A DNA stretch of 64,000 bases, from assembly GCA_045585895.1 (NCBI GenBank), contig JAZMZI010000144.1:647-64646 (forward strand), in the 5' to 3' direction. The translations under genes and the position numbers were made by a program. The stretch is from Eubacteriales bacterium. GTDB lineage: Bacteria > Bacillota > Clostridia > Oscillospirales > CAG-272. Below the pieces are notes generated by a model. The model was not told where the DNA came from. It saw only the letters and a program-made list of their open reading frames with translations, and made no database searches. This document shows, piece by piece, positions 1 through 8,921 of this stretch (its first letter is position 1; every line of letters starts with the position of its first letter).

Positions 1-1048
1 GTGTATGAAATTCGGGACAGATGATGCAATCAAAATGCTCGTCATAAACGTATTTCCACCACTCATGTCCGCCTTTCATTGTCATAGGTCTCTTGTATGC
101 CGTACTGAGAACCCTATTGTCATCAAACACTTTCTTGCAAATATGAGGTGTTTTGTATGCGCTGTCTGCTACTACTGTCTCTACTTCGGGAAATTTTTCT
201 GTTACTTTATCATATACGTCATCAAATGCCACGCTGTCGTGTACGTTTCCGGGGGTCACTACTGTTTCAAGAACATATCCATGCTTGTCGCAGGCGGTGT
301 GTGCTTCATATGCAAACTGTCTTTTGTGGTCACCCTTTACAAAAAGTCCGCTGTCGGGGTCTGTAACGCTTTTAGTGACCGTCTTCATCTTCTTGCGGCG
401 TTCTAACTTCTTTTTTGATGTGTTTTTGTTGGGCTTTGATGGCTTGGGTGGATCGTTGTTGTTATCGTCATCATCGCGAAAAGGCTTTTTGCCGTGTTCC
501 TCTCGGTCGGCGTTAACTTCTTCCATAAGCTCCTTTGCATACCTTTTGGATGCTACAGGAACCTCCTCTTGTATTTTCTTTTTGTTGTTTGCGTTTGCTT
601 TGATGTGTGTTCCATCAATGAATACTGCCGAGGGGGACAGATATCCTGCTTCTGCGATCTCATTCAATATCCAAGCGAATATCTGATCTACCGTTTCGCT
701 TGTGAATCTATTCTTAAAGTTGTAGCTCAGTGTTGAGAAATGCGGTGTTTCATCCTGCAAACTATATCCGAGAAACCAACGGTATGCCATATTCACCTCT
801 ACCTCTGCCGCCGTTCTTCTCAGCGAGGGCAATCCGTACAGATGTTGGATCAACACCATTTTGACCAACACTACGGGATCTATGCTCGGTCTGCCGTTGT
901 CCTCGCAATACAGCTCTTCTACCATTTCATAGATCTTGTCAAAATCTACGGCTGCATCTATTTTCCTGAGCAAATGATCTTTTGGTACCAGATCTTCAAG
1001 CCACACCATTTGCATTATATCTCTTCCGTTTTGTCCTCTGCTTAACAT
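1..1048 (-). CDS. IS1182/IS5-like DDE transposase; the C-terminal part runs off the window start
   Basis: My reverse-strand translation from the ATG at 1048-1046 reads MLSRGQNGRDIMQMVWLEDLVPKDHLLRKIDAAVDFDKIY..GRPSIDPVVLVKMVLIQHLYG..NMAYRWFLGY..FIDGTHIKANAN..VADSAYKT. This is the DUF772-type N-terminus plus DDE core typical of IS1182/IS5-group transposases. The frame stays open to base 1, so it is absent from the supplied ORF track. Confidence 0.8.
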   Translation of the reverse strand, partial: MLSRGQNGRDIMQMVWLEDLVPKDHLLRKIDAAVDFDKIYEMVEELYCEDNGRPSIDPVVLVKMVLIQHLYGLPSLRRTAAEVEVNMAYRWFLGYSLQDETPHFSTLSYNFKNRFTSETVDQIFAWILNEIAEAGYLSPSAVFIDGTHIKANANNKKKIQEEVPVASKRYAKELMEEVNADREEHGKKPFRDDDDNNNDPPKPSKPNKNTSKKKLERRKKMKTVTKSVTDPDSGLFVKGDHKRQFAYEAHTACDKHGYVLETVVTPGNVHDSVAFDDVYDKVTEKFPEVETVVADSAYKTPHICKKVFDDNRVLSTAYKRPMTMKGGHEWWKYVYDEHFDCIICPEFHT

Positions 1049-1096
1049 TCTTTCACCGCCTGTCTTTTCTTGCTTCTATTATACCATATTTTACGC

Positions 1097-1125
1097 AAAA
1101 AAGCCACCCTTTCGAGTGACTTTTT
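1097..1125 (-). terminator. Intrinsic terminator on the minus strand, between the 944-aa gene and the transposase start
   Basis: The minus-strand RNA reads AAAAAGUCACUC-GAAA-GGGUGGCUUUUUU: a 7-bp stem with two G-U pairs, a GAAA loop and a U-tract. On the plus strand the same positions give C-A mismatches, so the hairpin is strand-specific. Confidence 0.5.
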
Positions 1126-1135
1126 CGACAGACTG

Positions 1136-1167
1136 AAATGACCTACCGAAATCGGTAGGTCATTTTT
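1136..1167. terminator. Hairpin just downstream of the 944-aa gene stop
   Basis: The stem ATGACCTACCG / CGGTAGGTCAT has an AAAT loop and is flanked by an A-run and a T-run. The T-tract is better on the plus strand than on the minus strand. Confidence 0.4.
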
Positions 1168-1179
1168 GATTTACCTTAT

Positions 1180-4014
1180 TTACTTTACAAGTATTACAAC
1201 CGAAGGAACGTCCTCTTTATAAACCCTGCTTCCCTTGAAGGAAAGTCTTTCGTCTGTACGGAGGTCGCATCCGTCCATATCAACGTCGAAATAGATTTCG
1301 GCGTTTTCGGGTATTTTCGAACAAATATTTACCACGGGAGCATTGGAATATACTATCCAACCCATTTTGTATCCATCGGGAAGTCTGTCCTCCTCAATGG
1401 TAGTAAAGACAGTATTGGAAGGCTCTTTTGTAATATTGTACTTCTTGCCATCGATAGTTACACCGCAAGTCGCGTCTCCTCTGAAGGCAACAAGCCTACC
1501 TCTGGGGCTGAGACGGTATTGAAGCAAATTCTTACCCGTATAGCTTACCTTGTGTCCCTCAATAGAGAATTCATTGAACTCAAGCTCAAGAGGAACCATA
1601 AGATCGTAAGTTTCAAGGAATTTAGCATCCGCCTCTTCGTTACGTCTAAAGCTTCCGTCGGGCCAAAGCTCACGCATGGTCTTATAATGACGGCAAATAG
1701 AGATTGCGCCGTTATTGAAGTGAGTTGCGAAATATTCGGTCTTTCTCGAAATAGTCTCGGTGTTGTCAAGAACACCTGCGCCCCCGTATGCTCCCAGCGC
1801 CTTAAGAACGTCAAAAAGGGTAGAGGGAGCGTCACCTGATTCGCCCGATTGATCGTCTCGGAGACGGCAACCGACGTAAGTAGCTCTGCCAAGCCCGTAT
1901 TTTCGCGTGGAACCTATTACTGCGTTTCCTGCGTTGGCAACCGCCTCGCCGCTTCCAATCTTAACTTTGTAAACTCGGTCGGGAAGCATTTCGGTCGGTA
2001 TCTTCATCTTTTGAATATCTGAAAGTATGCCCGAGAATCTTACCTCGTGCGCCGAACCTCCCTCAACGAGAGTTTCTGCTGATTTAAGACCAAAGAGTTT
2101 GAGCCATCTCGTGGGTATCTTGCCGTTGGGAGCAGCCGCAGGAGCTGCATTCCATACAAGATTGCCTCCGCCTCTGACAAACGCCTCAAGCAGCTCCATA
2201 AATGCTTCGTTATAGAAAGGCTCAAAGCCCACTACGATAGTGGAATAAGTGCCTATGCCAAGCTTAAGCTTGCCTTTTTCAATCTTACCGAGGTTTACAA
2301 TCCTGTCAGCGGGGCAGTAGTTACAATATCCGTACTGTACCATCCAGCTACCGAATCTTTCCTCAACCGAAGTAAGATCCTTGGGGTAAACGTAAAGCAC
2401 GTCGATCGCTCTCGGTCTGCCAAAGGTCACGAGAGCCTCGCGGAGACCTCTGCCGCCGCCCGAGAAGGATTGAGAAACGTTTGAGAATCTCTTTCGCGCC
2501 TCGGTCGGGAATCCCCAAGCACCCCAGGATGCTACTTCATTTCGGTTAAGCGTGCCGAGAGATGCCGACATAGCTCCACCGTAATAATTACGGTCAAACC
2601 AACCGCATTCACAGAAATCAGTACCGCCGTATGAAAAATAGTCATTCCACTTAAAATAATCGTAGCATCCGGAGATTGCCTCTCTGATGGTACTCGAATA
2701 AACGTAATCGGGGGAATAATCAAAAGTGCAATAGCCACGCCTTAGCGCGTGGTGGAATCTGCCCTCGCCGCGTCCGGGAGCGTAATGGTCACAGGTGGGA
2801 GATTCCTGCCATGTCGCGTGACCAAGACAGAGAGGATCCCAGCCCTTGTGCTTGACGTAAGTATCCCTGATATAATCTCTCGCGTCACAGCACATACCGA
2901 CCACCTGATCCTGAAGCATTTCAAAATAGATGCGACGCATACGGAAGGTGCGGTAAAGGTCTGCCGCAGAGCTGCCCAAAACGTGCTGGGTGTGTGATCT
3001 GCCAAGCTTCTCTCTGTCGGCAAGCATATCGTAGCCGAAATAGATAAGTGCCTTATCAAAATCGGCGAAAATAGGATCTTCCGCCGCAAGACGGCTCTGG
3101 AAATTTTCGGTCATATAACGGGAGGGGATCTCGTAAGGTCCGAAATGAGCAAAGTTCCAGTCGAACTGGATGTGCATCTCGTCGGAGTAAAGCTCCATAA
3201 ACTCTACTCCTTCACGGCGGTACATATCGATAACGCCGTGGATGTAATCTATTACATCGGGATGGAAATAGTCCATCTCGGGTGTGTCAACGTAGAAGAT
3301 CGCAAAAATTCTGTTGCCGGGAATGTCTGTCTTTCCCTCGACTATCGCGTGCTGATTACCGAAATAGGTGCTGAGCTCGTAAGGCTCTTTACTTATGGTA
3401 ACGGTATAGTCGCTTTCGGGAATTTCAAGGATCGACTCGGGCTTAATAACGAGATACGCGCTTCCGTTATCCTCCTCGGTGTAGGCAAATAGCCTTGCGT
3501 GATTATACTGAGGATAGATATGTCCTTTATTGTTAGTCCAACGCTCTGAAACTACACCGTTGAACTTAAAGCTTCCGTCGCTCTCGCGTATTCCCTCAGC
3601 AAAGAAACGATGCTGACCGCCCACTCCCTTGTCTTGCTTGAAATTCCTTCCGAGATCGAGGGGGTTGGTAACGCTTGCGCCTATGCCAATGCCATATTTT
3701 TCGGCATATTCGGAAAGTTTTTTGGTGCAATCAATAAATTCGGGATGGGTCAGATGAAGCTCTCTCTCTCCACCTCCAAAGAAATGGTCGTGAAAGAAGG
3801 TAATGACCTCAACCTTCCTTTTCTGTGCGCGTTCACAAACGTCCTTCATTGAAGAGCTGGCTCTTGACGTCTGATTGTTGGCAAGCTTCGGTGTATACTG
3901 CTCCTCGGGAGCATTAGCATAGGCGCGAAGCTTATCGTCCTCGGTCAGAAGGATATTGTCGCGTCGAACGATCGAGTGCAGGGGCGGATTTTTCTTTAGC
4001 TTTGGTGTAGACAT
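1180..4014 (-). CDS. Large uncharacterised cytoplasmic protein (944 aa), function unknown, possibly a carbohydrate-active enzyme
   Basis: It is a long uninterrupted ORF with a GGAGG RBS before the ATG and no signal peptide or TM segment. I recognise no family motif. Confidence 0.85.
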   Translation of the reverse strand: MSTPKLKKNPPLHSIVRRDNILLTEDDKLRAYANAPEEQYTPKLANNQTSRASSSMKDVCERAQKRKVEVITFFHDHFFGGGERELHLTHPEFIDCTKKLSEYAEKYGIGIGASVTNPLDLGRNFKQDKGVGGQHRFFAEGIRESDGSFKFNGVVSERWTNNKGHIYPQYNHARLFAYTEEDNGSAYLVIKPESILEIPESDYTVTISKEPYELSTYFGNQHAIVEGKTDIPGNRIFAIFYVDTPEMDYFHPDVIDYIHGVIDMYRREGVEFMELYSDEMHIQFDWNFAHFGPYEIPSRYMTENFQSRLAAEDPIFADFDKALIYFGYDMLADREKLGRSHTQHVLGSSAADLYRTFRMRRIYFEMLQDQVVGMCCDARDYIRDTYVKHKGWDPLCLGHATWQESPTCDHYAPGRGEGRFHHALRRGYCTFDYSPDYVYSSTIREAISGCYDYFKWNDYFSYGGTDFCECGWFDRNYYGGAMSASLGTLNRNEVASWGAWGFPTEARKRFSNVSQSFSGGGRGLREALVTFGRPRAIDVLYVYPKDLTSVEERFGSWMVQYGYCNYCPADRIVNLGKIEKGKLKLGIGTYSTIVVGFEPFYNEAFMELLEAFVRGGGNLVWNAAPAAAPNGKIPTRWLKLFGLKSAETLVEGGSAHEVRFSGILSDIQKMKIPTEMLPDRVYKVKIGSGEAVANAGNAVIGSTRKYGLGRATYVGCRLRDDQSGESGDAPSTLFDVLKALGAYGGAGVLDNTETISRKTEYFATHFNNGAISICRHYKTMRELWPDGSFRRNEEADAKFLETYDLMVPLELEFNEFSIEGHKVSYTGKNLLQYRLSPRGRLVAFRGDATCGVTIDGKKYNITKEPSNTVFTTIEEDRLPDGYKMGWIVYSNAPVVNICSKIPENAEIYFDVDMDGCDLRTDERLSFKGSRVYKEDVPSVVILVK

Positions 4015-4168
4015 AACAGTTTACCTCCGGTTTTCAGTATTTGGCGGTCAACCTTCGCTTGACGGTGCACCGCCTTTATCCGCAGGGCTTTGCCCGAAAT
4101 AATTCCTTCTCACCGACTTTTAGCTTTCGTGGAGAAGGAGTATAACGAATCTATGTTATACTGTAAAA

Positions 4169-4197
4169 ATTATATCATAGCAAAAACACGAATGCAA
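4169..4197 (-). promoter_or_regulatory. Sigma-A-type promoter for the 944-aa gene
   Basis: The minus strand reads TTGCAT-17 nt-TATAAT, with a TG extended -10 (TGATATAAT). It lies about 150 nt upstream of the start codon. Confidence 0.5.
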
Positions 4198-4271
4198 TAC
4201 TTTTTTGAAAAAAATTGTGATTATTTCACATATTTTTTTGATTTCACAGATTATAAATATGCAATGTGCAA

Positions 4272-4310
4272 CAAAAAGCCCGTTCGGGCAATATTATACT
4301 CGAAACGGGC
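4272..4310 (-). terminator. Intrinsic terminator after dpaB
   Basis: A GC-rich stem (GCCCGTT / AACGGGC) is followed by UUUUU on the minus strand, directly after the dpaB stop. Confidence 0.6.
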
Positions 4311-4319
4311 AGATTTTAT

Positions 4320-4880
4320 TCAGATAAAGAGCTTTCTCGTCTGTTTTCCTGATAAAGCGTTTTCAAGGGTTTGCGGTAACATAGAAAGGTCAGCTACCAA
4401 AGAGTGAGGCTTTTTAACCGGTTCATCCTGAAGCATAGGCACAAAAAATATGTTTTTTCGCGATAACAGCGTGCCAAGATTGCCTAAATTTGCCGACATA
4501 GCGTCGTTTGAAGCTAAGGCGATCACCAAGGGGCGGTCGCTTCTGAGATGTGCCTTTGCCGCCATACATACGGGTGTGTCGGTAATACCGTTTGCCAGCT
4601 TTGCCAAGGTGTTTCCTGTACACGGAGCGATCACGAGGGCGTCAAGAGAAATCTTTGGACCTAACGGCTCTGCATCCGCAATGGTGTGTATTACCTTTTT
4701 ACCGCATATATCTTCGATTTTTTTAATCCATTCTTGGCTTTTCCCGAATCGGGTATCGATGCTGTAAGCGTTAAAGCTCATTATAGGCAGTATTTCATCA
4801 TAGTTTTTCTTAAGCTCCGTGAGCACGGCGTAAGAGGCTGAAAACGTGCAGAAAGAGCCGCAAAGAGCATATCCTATCAT
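4320..4880 (-). CDS. dpaB: Dipicolinate synthase subunit B (SpoVFB)
   Basis: It aligns along its whole length with B. subtilis SpoVFB as I recall it (TRFG..EWIKKIED, AEPLGPK, IAPCTGNTLAKLANGITDTPV, NIFFVP). I chose the internal start MIGYAL because it gives an ATGA overlap with the dpaA stop. Confidence 0.9.
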   Translation of the reverse strand: MIGYALCGSFCTFSASYAVLTELKKNYDEILPIMSFNAYSIDTRFGKSQEWIKKIEDICGKKVIHTIADAEPLGPKISLDALVIAPCTGNTLAKLANGITDTPVCMAAKAHLRSDRPLVIALASNDAMSANLGNLGTLLSRKNIFFVPMLQDEPVKKPHSLVADLSMLPQTLENALSGKQTRKLFI

Positions 4881-5779
4881 AATATTACCCCCGTTTCTTT
4901 GAGGATCTCGCAAATGGTCTCGAAAATGTATTTTCCTGCGGTTATCGGAGAGTATTTGCCGGGGATCGAAGGGGCAAAAATTATTTTGATGCCGTTGTCT
5001 CGCGCCGCCGAAAGATCAATGCCACCGGGGGCGGACGCGATCTCGATATAAACAGGTCTGTTTTTGATTTGATCGGTTACTGTTTTCGTAAATATTGCGG
5101 CGGGAACCGTGTTGAATATTACGTCGCTGTTTTGAGAGGCATAGACAAGTTCGGGGTGAGATGCACCGAGTCTTATTGCATTGAAGCCGTTAAGTGAGAT
5201 CTCGCAGAGAGTTTCATCCCGTCTTGCGCCGACCGTTACGTTTGCACCGAGTTTTCTCAATATGTCTGCCAATACCGAGCCGGTTTTACCGTATCCGCAA
5301 ACCAGCGCGTTCATTCCTTGAACGGTAATGTCCGTGTTTTCCATAGCGATCATCAAAGCGCCCTCGGCTGATGGCAGAGCGTTCTTTTTTTGCAGCTCTT
5401 CACTTGCGTAGTAATCAAATACGGGAATGCCTTCGATCACGCATTTCTTTTTAATGTTTGACGGTATTGAACCGCCTATAATTATCGAGCCGTTTGCCTT
5501 GGCAAGGGATATTATATCGCAAAGACTGATTTTCAGATATTGAGATGAAACGTGTTCGCCGTCTCGGGTCGCAGGCAAGGGAAGTATTATAAAGTCAACG
5601 TTAGACAGTGCCTTCTCGATGTTCGTGCAGATCTCCGCAGGCATACCGTCCGCAAGTGAATGGACGTCCTCGGTTACTCTGACACAGTGACCTCTTTTCA
5701 GAAGCTCGTTTGCTATCACACTTTGTCTCTTGTCGCTACCTAAAATTGCAAATTTATATATTTTTTTGTCGTCAGTCAT
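4877..5779 (-). CDS. dpaA: Dipicolinate synthase subunit A (SpoVFA)
   Basis: It is a 300-aa Rossmann-type protein (VCGYGKTG) lying immediately upstream of dpaB and translationally coupled to it. Confidence 0.9.
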   Translation of the reverse strand: MTDDKKIYKFAILGSDKRQSVIANELLKRGHCVRVTEDVHSLADGMPAEICTNIEKALSNVDFIILPLPATRDGEHVSSQYLKISLCDIISLAKANGSIIIGGSIPSNIKKKCVIEGIPVFDYYASEELQKKNALPSAEGALMIAMENTDITVQGMNALVCGYGKTGSVLADILRKLGANVTVGARRDETLCEISLNGFNAIRLGASHPELVYASQNSDVIFNTVPAAIFTKTVTDQIKNRPVYIEIASAPGGIDLSAARDNGIKIIFAPSIPGKYSPITAGKYIFETICEILKETGVIL

Positions 5780-5834
5780 AAGTAATACCTCGTTGGTATT
5801 TTAGTTTGAAGTAGCAAAAACTGCGACCTCATTC

Positions 5835-5862
5835 CATTTTATGCCGAGGAGCGAAAAACAGT
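5835..5862 (-). promoter_or_regulatory. Possible SigK-type sporulation promoter upstream of dpaA
   Basis: The minus strand reads AC-17 nt-CATAAAATG, against the B. subtilis SigK consensus AC-16/17-CATANNNTA. In B. subtilis spoVF is SigK-dependent. Confidence 0.35.
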
Positions 5863-6019
5863 GACGGGTGTCGAATCGGAAAATCCTTTGAATTTATTTG
5901 TATAAAGAATGTTTTATTAACAAAATATTCAAACAATTATTTGCTAAATATGATATAATTTAATTTGTGATGCTATCACTTATAGTAATATTGTATTTTT
6001 TTATTCAACGGAGGTATTT

Positions 6020-7492
6020 ATGGCTGAACTTAAGATGCTTGCCATCGACCTTGGCGCTTCCAGCGGCAGAGGTATCGTAGGCTCTTTTGACGGAAACAAA
6101 CTCACACTTCGCGAAAATCACCGTTTCTCCAACGATCCCGTATTCGTAAACGGCAGATTTACTTGGGATATTCTCAGAATATTCTTTGAGATCAAGAACT
6201 CCATCACCAAGACTGTTATCGACGGCGACAACGTAACGAGCATGGGTATTGATACTTGGGGCGTTGACTACGCATTCATCGACAAGAACGGCAGAATGAT
6301 GGCTAACCCGACTCACTACCGTGATACGAGAACCGTAAATATCACCGATTACGTTAAGAATTTCGTGTCCCCCGAGGAGATCTATAACGTTACGGGTATT
6401 CAGGCTATCGACTTCAACACTCTCAATCAGCTTGCAGCAGACCGCCGCGACGACCCTGAGATGCTGGCAAGAGCAGACAAAATGCTATTCATTCCCGACC
6501 TCCTTAACTATTTCCTTACCGGAAAAATGGCTACTGAATACACCATAGCGTCTACGGGTATGATCCTTGATGCCGCTAAGAGAGATTTTGCATTCGGTCT
6601 CACGGACAAGCTCGGTATCGACAGAAATCTTTTCGCTCCTCTCGTTCAGCCCTGCAACGATCTCGGCGCACTCCTGCCTCAGATCAACGACGAGGTTGGT
6701 AAGAATAATATCAAGGTCGTTAACGTGGCTTCTCACGATACCGCCAGCGCAGTTATCGCTGTTCCCGCAAAGAATAAAGACTTTATCTACATATCCAGCG
6801 GAACATGGTCGCTTATGGGTGCTGAGCTTCCCAATCCTCTTATCAATGCAGAGACAAGAGGCGCAAACTACACCAACGAGGGCGGCGCTATGGGAACTAT
6901 CCGCTTCCTTAAGAACATCATGGGACTTTGGATCATTCAGGAATCCAGAAGACAGTGGAGAAGAGAGGGCAACGAATACTCCTTCGCACAGATGGAGGCT
7001 TGGGCTAAGGAAGCAACTCCTTTCGCTTCACTTATCAATCCCGATCATCCTTCCTTCAACACTCCCGGCAATATGCCCGAGAAGATCAGAGAATTCTGCC
7101 GCGAGACAGGTCAGCGCGTTCCCGAAACCGTTGGTGAGGTAGTTCGTTGCATTTACGAGTCTCTTGCGCTTAAGTACAGATATACCGTTGAGACTATCGA
7201 GCGTCTGATGGACAAGAAGACCTCTATGATAAACGTCGTAGGCGGCGGAACCAAGGATAAGTTCCTTTCCCAGATGACCGCAGACGCTTGCGGTATACCC
7301 GTTTGCGCAGGCCCCGAGGAGGCTACCGCTATCGGTAACCTTATGATGCAGGCGATCGCTGCGGGTGAGGTCAAGGATCTCAGCGAGGCAAGAGAAGTCG
7401 TTGCTAACTCGTTTGAACTTAAGCACTACGAGCCTACCGGCGACAGAGCTGCTTGGGACGCAGCATATGAAAAGTTCTGCAAGCTTCAGTAA
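6020..7492 (+). CDS. rhaB: Rhamnulokinase (FGGY family)
   Basis: The blocks AIDLGASSGR, IDTWGVDYAF, VASHDTASAV, SSGTWSLMG, TNEGGAMGTIRFLKNIMGLW and VVGGGTKD..ADACGIPV match E. coli RhaB block for block. Confidence 0.9.
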   Translation: MAELKMLAIDLGASSGRGIVGSFDGNKLTLRENHRFSNDPVFVNGRFTWDILRIFFEIKNSITKTVIDGDNVTSMGIDTWGVDYAFIDKNGRMMANPTHYRDTRTVNITDYVKNFVSPEEIYNVTGIQAIDFNTLNQLAADRRDDPEMLARADKMLFIPDLLNYFLTGKMATEYTIASTGMILDAAKRDFAFGLTDKLGIDRNLFAPLVQPCNDLGALLPQINDEVGKNNIKVVNVASHDTASAVIAVPAKNKDFIYISSGTWSLMGAELPNPLINAETRGANYTNEGGAMGTIRFLKNIMGLWIIQESRRQWRREGNEYSFAQMEAWAKEATPFASLINPDHPSFNTPGNMPEKIREFCRETGQRVPETVGEVVRCIYESLALKYRYTVETIERLMDKKTSMINVVGGGTKDKFLSQMTADACGIPVCAGPEEATAIGNLMMQAIAAGEVKDLSEAREVVANSFELKHYEPTGDRAAWDAAYEKFCKLQ

Positions 7493-7529
7493 TAAAAAAG
7501 AGTTATAATCATTCGGAGGATATAAAATA

Positions 7530-8690
7530 ATGAAGGACGAACAGTACGGCGAGCTTAGTGTTATAGGAATGAAAGGTTGTGAGGCTTTTGCCGAGCAGGT
7601 AGACTATTACCTTAAGGAATGGAGAAGACATACCAACGAGGAGACCTACCTCGTTGAGGCGGTCTGCCCCAGATTCGGTACGGGTGAAGGTAAGGGTCTT
7701 ATCCATCAGAGTATGAGAGGACAGGACGTTTACATTATTTGTGACGTATTCAATTACGGAGTTACTTACCGTATGTACGGTCAGACAGTTCCTATGAGTC
7801 CTGACGATCACTACGCAGACCTTAAAAGAGTTGTTGCAGCTATCGCGGGCAAGGCAAGAAGAATTACCGTAATTATGCCTATGCTTTACGAGGGCAGGCA
7901 GCATAAAAAGTCTACGAGAGAGTCTCTTGACTGCGCTGTTATGCTTCAGGAGCTTGTGAATATGGGTATTCACAATATTATTACCTTCGACGCTCACGAT
8001 CCCAGAGTGTGCAACGCTATTCCGCTTCACGGTTTTGATAACGTTCGCCCCTCTTATCAGATGATAAAAGCTCTCATCAAAGCTGTTCCCGACATTGTTA
8101 TCGACAAGGAAAACCTTATGATGATCTCCCCCGACGAGGGCGCTATGGGCAGATGTATGTATTACTCCTCGGTTCTCGGAATCGATATCGGTATGTTCTA
8201 TAAGCGTCGTAACTACTCAGTTATTATCAACGGAAAGAATCCCATCGAGGCTCACGAGTACCTCGGTCAGGATCTCACAGATAAGGACGTTATCGTAGTT
8301 GACGATATGATCTCTTCGGGAGAGTCTATGCTTGACGTGTGTTCTCAGCTTAAGGAGAGAGGAGCAAAGAGAATTTTCGCATTCTCTACCTTCGGCCTCT
8401 TTACCGACGGTTTTGATAAGTTCGACAAGGCTTATGAAGACGGTATCATTTCCAAGGTGTTTACCACTAACCTCGTATACCGCCGTCCGGGTCTTCTCGA
8501 GAAGCCTTGGCACGTTGATGTTAACATGTGCAAGTACGTTTCTTACATTATTGACACTCTCAATCACGACGCGACCATCAGCGAGCTTCTCGATCCCGCA
8601 AAGCGTATCAATGCTATCGTTGCAAAGCACAAGGCTGAGATGGAAAAGCACGGACAGATCAAGATGTCTTTTGACACAGAAAACAAGTAA
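7530..8690 (+). CDS. prs: Ribose-phosphate pyrophosphokinase (long form)
   Basis: The PRPP synthetase motifs are present: ITVIMPMLYEGRQ, TFDAHDP, and the VVDDMISSGES PRPP-binding loop. Confidence 0.88.
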   Translation: MKDEQYGELSVIGMKGCEAFAEQVDYYLKEWRRHTNEETYLVEAVCPRFGTGEGKGLIHQSMRGQDVYIICDVFNYGVTYRMYGQTVPMSPDDHYADLKRVVAAIAGKARRITVIMPMLYEGRQHKKSTRESLDCAVMLQELVNMGIHNIITFDAHDPRVCNAIPLHGFDNVRPSYQMIKALIKAVPDIVIDKENLMMISPDEGAMGRCMYYSSVLGIDIGMFYKRRNYSVIINGKNPIEAHEYLGQDLTDKDVIVVDDMISSGESMLDVCSQLKERGAKRIFAFSTFGLFTDGFDKFDKAYEDGIISKVFTTNLVYRRPGLLEKPWHVDVNMCKYVSYIIDTLNHDATISELLDPAKRINAIVAKHKAEMEKHGQIKMSFDTENK

Positions 8691-8700
8691 AATCTTTAAT

Positions 8701-8921
8701 GGGGCTGTCTCATTAAGCGCAGAACAAAAGCCACTTTTAAAAGAAAAGCCAAAATTCAACTAAAAAATAATGTTTTTTCTTTTTTAATGTCGAAATCCAC
8801 CGATTTTTCGGCGGATTTCCTCATTTTATGTGGCTTTTTAGACGCGTTTTGGCTCTCTGGCGTACTTCTGTACGCCGACGAGAACCAAAACACGCCTTCT
8901 GCATCTAACTGAGACGGCCCC
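8701..8921. repeat. Structured intergenic module, copy A
   Basis: The outer imperfect inverted repeat is 8701-8724 / 8897-8921. An inner stem pairs AAAAGCCAC (8726-8734) with GTGGCTTTT (8830-8838). There is a hairpin at 8792-8819 and a long hairpin at 8844-8895. Copy A shares a 13/13-nt block and a 24/28-nt block with 25118-25244. Confidence 0.6.

Larger units (their letters stand above)
1..1130 (-). mobile_element. Partial insertion sequence (IS1182/IS5-like); the inner end is not defined
   Basis: It contains the transposase CDS above. The boundary between 1049 and about 1135 cannot be set because the other end is off-window and no terminal inverted repeat can be compared. Confidence 0.5.

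Noticed and set aside
5-1045. Plus-strand ORFs at 5-406, 153-686, 494-736 and 740-1045
   Set aside because: They are antisense to a continuous reverse-strand frame with clear transposase motifs. Their translations are Cys/Phe/Leu-rich nonsense with no RBS.
4015-4168. Assignment of the 944-aa gene leader to a known riboswitch class (c-di-GMP-I, ZTP, ykkC, purine, glycine, M-box)
   Set aside because: None of the conserved core sequences of these classes, as I remember them, is present. I kept it only as an unclassified structured leader.
8217-8759. 180-aa minus-strand ORF overlapping prs
   Set aside because: It is antisense to a strongly conserved PRPP synthetase frame and has no motif or RBS.
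8844-8895. Resemblance of the bulged two-tier hairpin to group II intron domain V
   Set aside because: The AGC catalytic triad and GNRA loop are absent, the stem lengths are wrong, and there are no flanking intron domains or reverse transcriptase.
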